The notes under the pieces: model-generated
Told to the model about the DNA's origin: nothing
What the model saw: the letters and a program-made list of their open reading frames with translations, nothing else
Databases searched by the model: none
Position numbers and translations under genes: made by a program
Shown here: piece after piece, positions 34,826-38,494 of the stretch
Position numbering within the stretch: position 1 is the stretch's first letter
Layout of the letters: the number at the start of each line of letters is the position of its first letter
Virus record (IMG/VR): IMGVR_UViG_3300019784_000376
Coordinates: 1 to 38,494 of that record
DNA: 38,494 bases
Direction: 5' to 3' (one strand)
Source of the DNA: a virus
Lineage: Duplodnaviria; Caudoviricetes

Positions 34826-34877
34826 TCGTGCCACGCTAGGGCTTGAACCTAGACCTACCCCCACAATCGGGCGTGGC
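34826..34877 (-). ncRNA. tRNA-like element: acceptor stem plus T-arm, without full D or anticodon arms
   Basis: GCCACG...CTAGG-TTCAAGC-CCTAG-CGTGGC-A. Confidence 0.55.
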
Positions 34878-34882
34878 TAATC

Positions 34883-35194
34883 TTAGTCGTTCGCGTCTAT
34901 GTGGACGCTAGGTAGCGTGGCGCGGAACTCGCGTTCGCGTTCGCTAAGTGCTAGGGCGCGTGCTAGGCGTTCCTGTTCCTGTTCGCTAAGGGTCGGTAGT
35001 ACGCGCTCAACCTTAGGCATGTTCGACTTTACGGCGTGGCGTGGGCGTGTACGGCGTACAGCCTTGCCATGTGTAGTGTCGCTCAACCGCCAACCGCGTG
35101 AGCCCAAGCGTGTGCTAGTGACTCGCACGTTAAGTGCGGTTATGCCATGAAAGTTGGTGTCTATACTATCCCGACCCGCAAGGGTCGATTTCAT
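34883..35194 (-). CDS. Hypothetical basic protein, first gene of the leftward (early) module
   Basis: 103 aa Arg-rich ORF with GAGAGG RBS downstream of promoter P3. Confidence 0.65.
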   Translation of the reverse strand: MKSTLAGRDSIDTNFHGITALNVRVTSTRLGSRGWRLSDTTHGKAVRRTRPRHAVKSNMPKVERVLPTLSEQEQERLARALALSEREREFRATLPSVHIDAND

Positions 35195-35226
35195 GCGTTG
35201 TCCTCTCTCGTTAATTTGTAAATCAT

Positions 35227-35255
35227 ACTTTACATGCTTTGTCTTACTTTGTCAA
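35227..35255 (-). promoter_or_regulatory. SigA-type promoter P3
   Basis: TTGACA-17-TAAAGT; GACAC 9 nt upstream of the -35. Confidence 0.8.
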
Positions 35256-35261
35256 ATTGTC

Positions 35262-35410
35262 GGCGTGTCGTGTTGGTAAAGGGTGAGTCGTGCAACCAAC
35301 CCCATTGGGTCTGCTACTAGTGGCAATCAAGCCACCCTTTACCATGACACTATTTAGTTTGACTAGATAAGTGACGCTCCAACCTTTGCGGGCTAGGTCT
35401 GCTTATCTTG
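35262..35410 (-). ncRNA. Candidate ~150 nt structured RNA transcribed from P2
   Basis: 12 bp perfect stem (35274-35285 with 35333-35344), an AGATAAG/CTTATCT stem, and two copies of AGCAGACC...GGTTGG. Confidence 0.5.
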
Positions 35411-35415
35411 TGAGA

Positions 35416-35444
35416 ATTGTATCAAACAAAACTCACTTTGTAAA
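35416..35444 (-). promoter_or_regulatory. SigA-type promoter P2
   Basis: TTTACA-17-TACAAT with extended TG; GACAC 20 nt upstream of the -35. Confidence 0.75.
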
Positions 35445-35519
35445 GGTTACCCACGACCTTTGGCGTGTCGTACTTTGTGACCCTTTGGGGGGTGAGCCCC
35501 CTATCCGATTACAAGGCAA

Positions 35520-35548
35520 AGACTACACGCTCACCGACCCTTTGTCAA
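35520..35548 (-). promoter_or_regulatory. SigA-type promoter P1
   Basis: TTGACA-17-TAGTCT. Confidence 0.75.
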
Positions 35549-35557
35549 GTCGAAAAC

Positions 35558-35575
35558 GTGTGATGTCTGTCACAC
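35558..35575. promoter_or_regulatory. CRP/GlxR-type binding site
   Basis: GTGTGA-TGTCTG-TCACAC, a perfect TGTGA-N6-TCACA match. Confidence 0.7.
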
Positions 35576-35580
35576 CTAGT

Positions 35581-35665
35581 CTGAGAGTTTCCTGAGAATT
35601 ACCTGAGAGATACGGGCATGGATAACCTTAGAGTTTCCTGTGAACTTCCTGAGAATTAACTGAGC
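35581..35665. repeat. Array of seven 11 bp-period direct repeats (CTGAGA core)
   Basis: Units start at 35581, 35592, 35603, 35627, 35638, 35649 and 35660. Confidence 0.85.
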
Positions 35666-36138
35666 CCCCCTTAATGGTGGACACTTGGGGGATAGTCTGT
35701 CTAAGATTAAACCTTTAATTTATAGTTAGACAAAACAAGGCATAGTGTCTACCCATCAAATAGAGACAAATACACATGGAGACAAATCAATTTGTCGACA
35801 AATCGATAAGTCGATAAGTCTATTTGACCCTAGAGTCTTTTAACTGGGGCCCCTGTACATATTATGTATCCCATTAAAATTTTCTGTTATATGGGGCCCA
35901 TATGCCCTGTGACCAGGGCTTTTATATATATCAGTGGGGCTAATAAAAATATATTCAAACTGGTTGTTCGGTTTTAGCACTTTGAACAGGTTATCTATTA
36001 TGTATAATAATACATAACGGAGTCGCTCCGTTTAAGACTCCGCGACTCTTATATATAATAATATAATATATATATTGGGATAGTTATATCCGTTTACTGA
36101 CGGGTGTTTAATGTGGGTTTAGCAGGGGGATATAACTG

Positions 36139-38007
36139 ATGGGACGCAAGCCTGGAAAGATAGATATCTCCAAAAAGGAGGCCCAAGAGCGGGTTCTCCT
36201 GACCCTGGCCGAGGGTTCGACTATCGTGGCCGCTATGACCGCTGTAGGCCGCAATGAGGTTACTTTTCGCCAGTGGACAATGAATGACCCTGAGTTTAAA
36301 GAACGCGCCGAGAAGGCTCGCCTCGAGGGTAAGGGCATCAGGGCTGACCTAAAGAACATTAAAGAAATTTCATTCCCTGAATTCTCTGAGCAATTCCTAG
36401 ATACTAAACTTTTTGACCATCACCTTGACTGGGTAGATTTAATTGAGGGCCGCGAGCCTGGCTGGTTGGACCCAGCAATGACTTACGAGCCAGGGGCGGC
36501 TAACCGTGTACTGATTAACGTACCACCTGAGCACGCCAAATCTACAGTAATTACGACTAACTATGTCGTTTACAAGATTGTGACCAATCCTAACGCCCGA
36601 GTTATTATTGTTTCTAAAACTCAAGGTATGGCCCGTAAGTTCCTTGGGGCGATTAAAACTAGACTTTCCCACCCAGCCTACACCAAGTTACAGGTGGCCT
36701 TCGGCCCCAATGGTGGTTATAAGGCAGACTCAACACAATGGTCTGCTGACATGATTTATCTGGGAACAGGACGCGACTCTGGCGAGAAAGACCCTACGGT
36801 TCAAGCCCTAGGTATGGGCTCACAGATTTACGGTGCTCGCGCTGACCTGATTATTATCGACGATGCTGTGATGGGCTCAAACGCCCACGAGTGGGAAAAG
36901 CAACTCGAGTGGATTCAAAAGGAAGTTATTACCCGTCTTGGTAGACATGGTAAATTAATTATCGTTGGCACTCGAGTTGCACCAATTGACCTATATAAAA
37001 TGCTACGTGACCCTCAACAATGGTCTGGTGGCAAATCACCCTTTACTTACTTTGCAATGCCTGCCGTACTTCAGTTTGACGAGAAGCCTGAAAACTGGAA
37101 GACGTTGTGGCCTAAGACCACACTGCAGGAAAACGAGATTGATGAGCCTGACGAAAATGGACTTTATCCGAAATGGGATGGACCCTCTTTATTTACGCGC
37201 CGCTCTGAGGTTGCGGCATCTGTCTGGGCTATGGTCTACCAACAAGAAGACGTCCAGTCCGACTCTATATTCGCGCCAACAGCAATTGCAGGATGTGTTA
37301 ACGGTATGCGAAAGCGTGGACCGCTTAAACCTGGTACTCCAGGCCACCCCTCCAGAGCAGGCTCGACCTACACAGTAATTGGTTTTGACCCAGCCGTATC
37401 TGGTCGCTCTGCTTTTGTAGCCGTTTCTTATAACCGCGACGATGGTAGAATCTACGTACTTGACTGCGTCAACATGGCAGACCCTACTCCTCAAAAAGAG
37501 AACGCTCTGATTCGTGAGTGGGTGGAAAGATATAGCCCTCAGGAGTTTCGTGTAGAAATTAACGCACACCAGAAGTACTACGCTATGGACACTGACCTGC
37601 GTAACTACCTATCAACCTACGGTTGCCAGTTAAACTCACACTTTACTGGTAAGAATAAATGGGACACATCTTTTGGTGTAGCATCTATGGCTAGCCTTTT
37701 TGGAAGCATTCATGATGGTCGCTACCAAGACAATGGCTTAATTGAACTACCAAGTAACGAAGGCTCAGAAGGACTTAAGTCTCTTGTACAGCAACTCATC
37801 ACTTGGAAGCCAGATACTAAGAACCCAACTGACTGCGTGATGGCTCTATGGTTTGCCATCATTCGCATACGTGAGTTAATGCAACAGTCTTCACAAGTAG
37901 GTCAGTACCAAAATAATCGCTGGGCAACCAGAAGTCAAAAACAACAACGCATGTCACTCAACTTAGATGAGGCCTTCGCCGAGCAATGGGCTGACACTTA
38001 CGGATAA
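36139..38007 (+). CDS. terL: Terminase large subunit with an N-terminal HTH-like extension
   Basis: Walker A PPEHAKS, GARADLIIIDD Walker B, IVGTR coupling motif, YQQ, nuclease GFDPA and TDCVMAL. Confidence 0.93.
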   Translation: MGRKPGKIDISKKEAQERVLLTLAEGSTIVAAMTAVGRNEVTFRQWTMNDPEFKERAEKARLEGKGIRADLKNIKEISFPEFSEQFLDTKLFDHHLDWVDLIEGREPGWLDPAMTYEPGAANRVLINVPPEHAKSTVITTNYVVYKIVTNPNARVIIVSKTQGMARKFLGAIKTRLSHPAYTKLQVAFGPNGGYKADSTQWSADMIYLGTGRDSGEKDPTVQALGMGSQIYGARADLIIIDDAVMGSNAHEWEKQLEWIQKEVITRLGRHGKLIIVGTRVAPIDLYKMLRDPQQWSGGKSPFTYFAMPAVLQFDEKPENWKTLWPKTTLQENEIDEPDENGLYPKWDGPSLFTRRSEVAASVWAMVYQQEDVQSDSIFAPTAIAGCVNGMRKRGPLKPGTPGHPSRAGSTYTVIGFDPAVSGRSAFVAVSYNRDDGRIYVLDCVNMADPTPQKENALIREWVERYSPQEFRVEINAHQKYYAMDTDLRNYLSTYGCQLNSHFTGKNKWDTSFGVASMASLFGSIHDGRYQDNGLIELPSNEGSEGLKSLVQQLITWKPDTKNPTDCVMALWFAIIRIRELMQQSSQVGQYQNNRWATRSQKQQRMSLNLDEAFAEQWADTYG

Positions 38008-38017
38008 GGAAAATAAA

Positions 38018-38275
38018 ATGTCAAAAAAATCAGTTAAGATTGTAGCACCGACATCTGATGCCGCACGTGCTCAAGCAAACATTAAAGAATCTTTAAGACT
38101 TCATAATGTGCAATTTCCAGAAAAGCCTGCCAACCCGCCAAAGGGAAAAGTAGTAAAAATCAACAGCAACCCTGTACGTACCACTTCTGGCATCTCAGGT
38201 AAGGGTGGCTCAATGGTTGGTAGTGTATACCGTCCAATGGGTAGCGGCGGCGCAACAAACCAGTACAACAAATAA
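38018..38275 (+). CDS. Small basic hypothetical protein between terminase and portal
   Basis: MSKKSVKIV...; AAGGA RBS before ATG 38018. Confidence 0.6.
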   Translation: MSKKSVKIVAPTSDAARAQANIKESLRLHNVQFPEKPANPPKGKVVKINSNPVRTTSGISGKGGSMVGSVYRPMGSGGATNQYNK

Positions 38276-38305
38276 TTTTTTTTTTAAATCTACGTTAGGA
38301 CAACA

Positions 38306-38491
38306 ATGGCATTATCAATGGAACAAGTAGCAGCACGTGTTGACGCTCTGCGCTACCGCAACAGTGAGCGAGATTCTCGTAACCTTGATGTCCTTGCTGT
38401 ACGCAAAGGAAAGATTGCTGAAGTATATCCTGACTTCTTTCCAGATGGCGTTGACGCTAACGTAGTTGCTAACTTTATTGATATTGTTGCT
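38306..38491 (+). CDS. Portal protein, 5' part (continues across the join into 129..1736)
   Basis: MALSMEQVAARVDALRYRNSERDSRNLDV... is in frame with the ORF at the window start; AGGA RBS. Confidence 0.85.
38366..38491. repeat. Terminal direct repeat, right copy
   Basis: Identical to 3-128. Confidence 0.95.
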
Positions 38492-38494
38492 TCC

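Noticed and set aside
34826-34877. Functional tRNA gene or attP site
   Set aside because: It lacks proper D and anticodon arms and CCA, and no integrase is encoded; kept only as a tRNA-like element
35330-35405. c-di-GMP-I riboswitch (GCAGACC...GCAA...GG resemblance)
   Set aside because: The conserved GCAAAG junction and tetraloop-receptor arm are not convincingly present; a covariance-model scan would be needed
35371-35595. 74 aa + strand ORF in the control region
   Set aside because: It runs antisense across promoters and binding sites, with no RBS or protein-like features
35581-35665. Repeat array as a mini-CRISPR linked to the Cas4-like gene
   Set aside because: Units are 11 bp with no unique spacers; no cas1/cas2; phage Cas4-like nucleases are commonly stand-alone
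38276-38285. T10 homopolymer as a phase-variation tract or terminator
   Set aside because: Intergenic, with no strong preceding hairpin; length changes would not alter a reading frame
1-38494. Stop-codon reassignment
   Set aside because: Genes are full length under the standard code, and TAA, TAG and TGA are all used as stops

Overview
The window is an apparently complete, circularly assembled ~38.36 kb tailed-phage genome. Positions 3-128 repeat exactly at 38366-38491, and the portal gene reads through the join. It looks like a podovirus-type phage of Actinobacteria, possibly freshwater. Evidence: WhiB, a sigma-like factor, an actinophage-type split primase, large putative ejection proteins, and no recognisable tape measure, sheath or spanin. 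The + strand carries terminase, portal, a proteasome-beta/HslV-like Ntn protease, putative internal virion proteins, scaffold, major capsid, six small basic proteins, tail/fibre genes with a glycosyltransferase cassette, and lysis genes. It then carries a replication module: split Cas4/RecB-like nuclease, helicase, resolvase, split primase and sigma-like factor. The - strand (about 29.8-35.2 kb) holds an early/accessory module: amidoligase, class II glutamine amidotransferase, WhiB, SLT transglycosylase and many zinc-finger microproteins. Five tandem sigma70-type promoters drive it. I found no integrase, DNA polymerase, complete tRNA, CRISPR array or reverse transcriptase. The most unusual signals are a cluster of structured non-coding elements and host transcription-factor-like boxes at 34.8-36.1 kb (including an armless tRNA-like element), a ligase/amidotransferase/proteasome-like enzyme set, a thrombospondin-like tail protein beside a glycosyltransferase, and a split nuclease with duplicated junction codons. 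All family assignments come from reading motifs by eye; no database searches were run.
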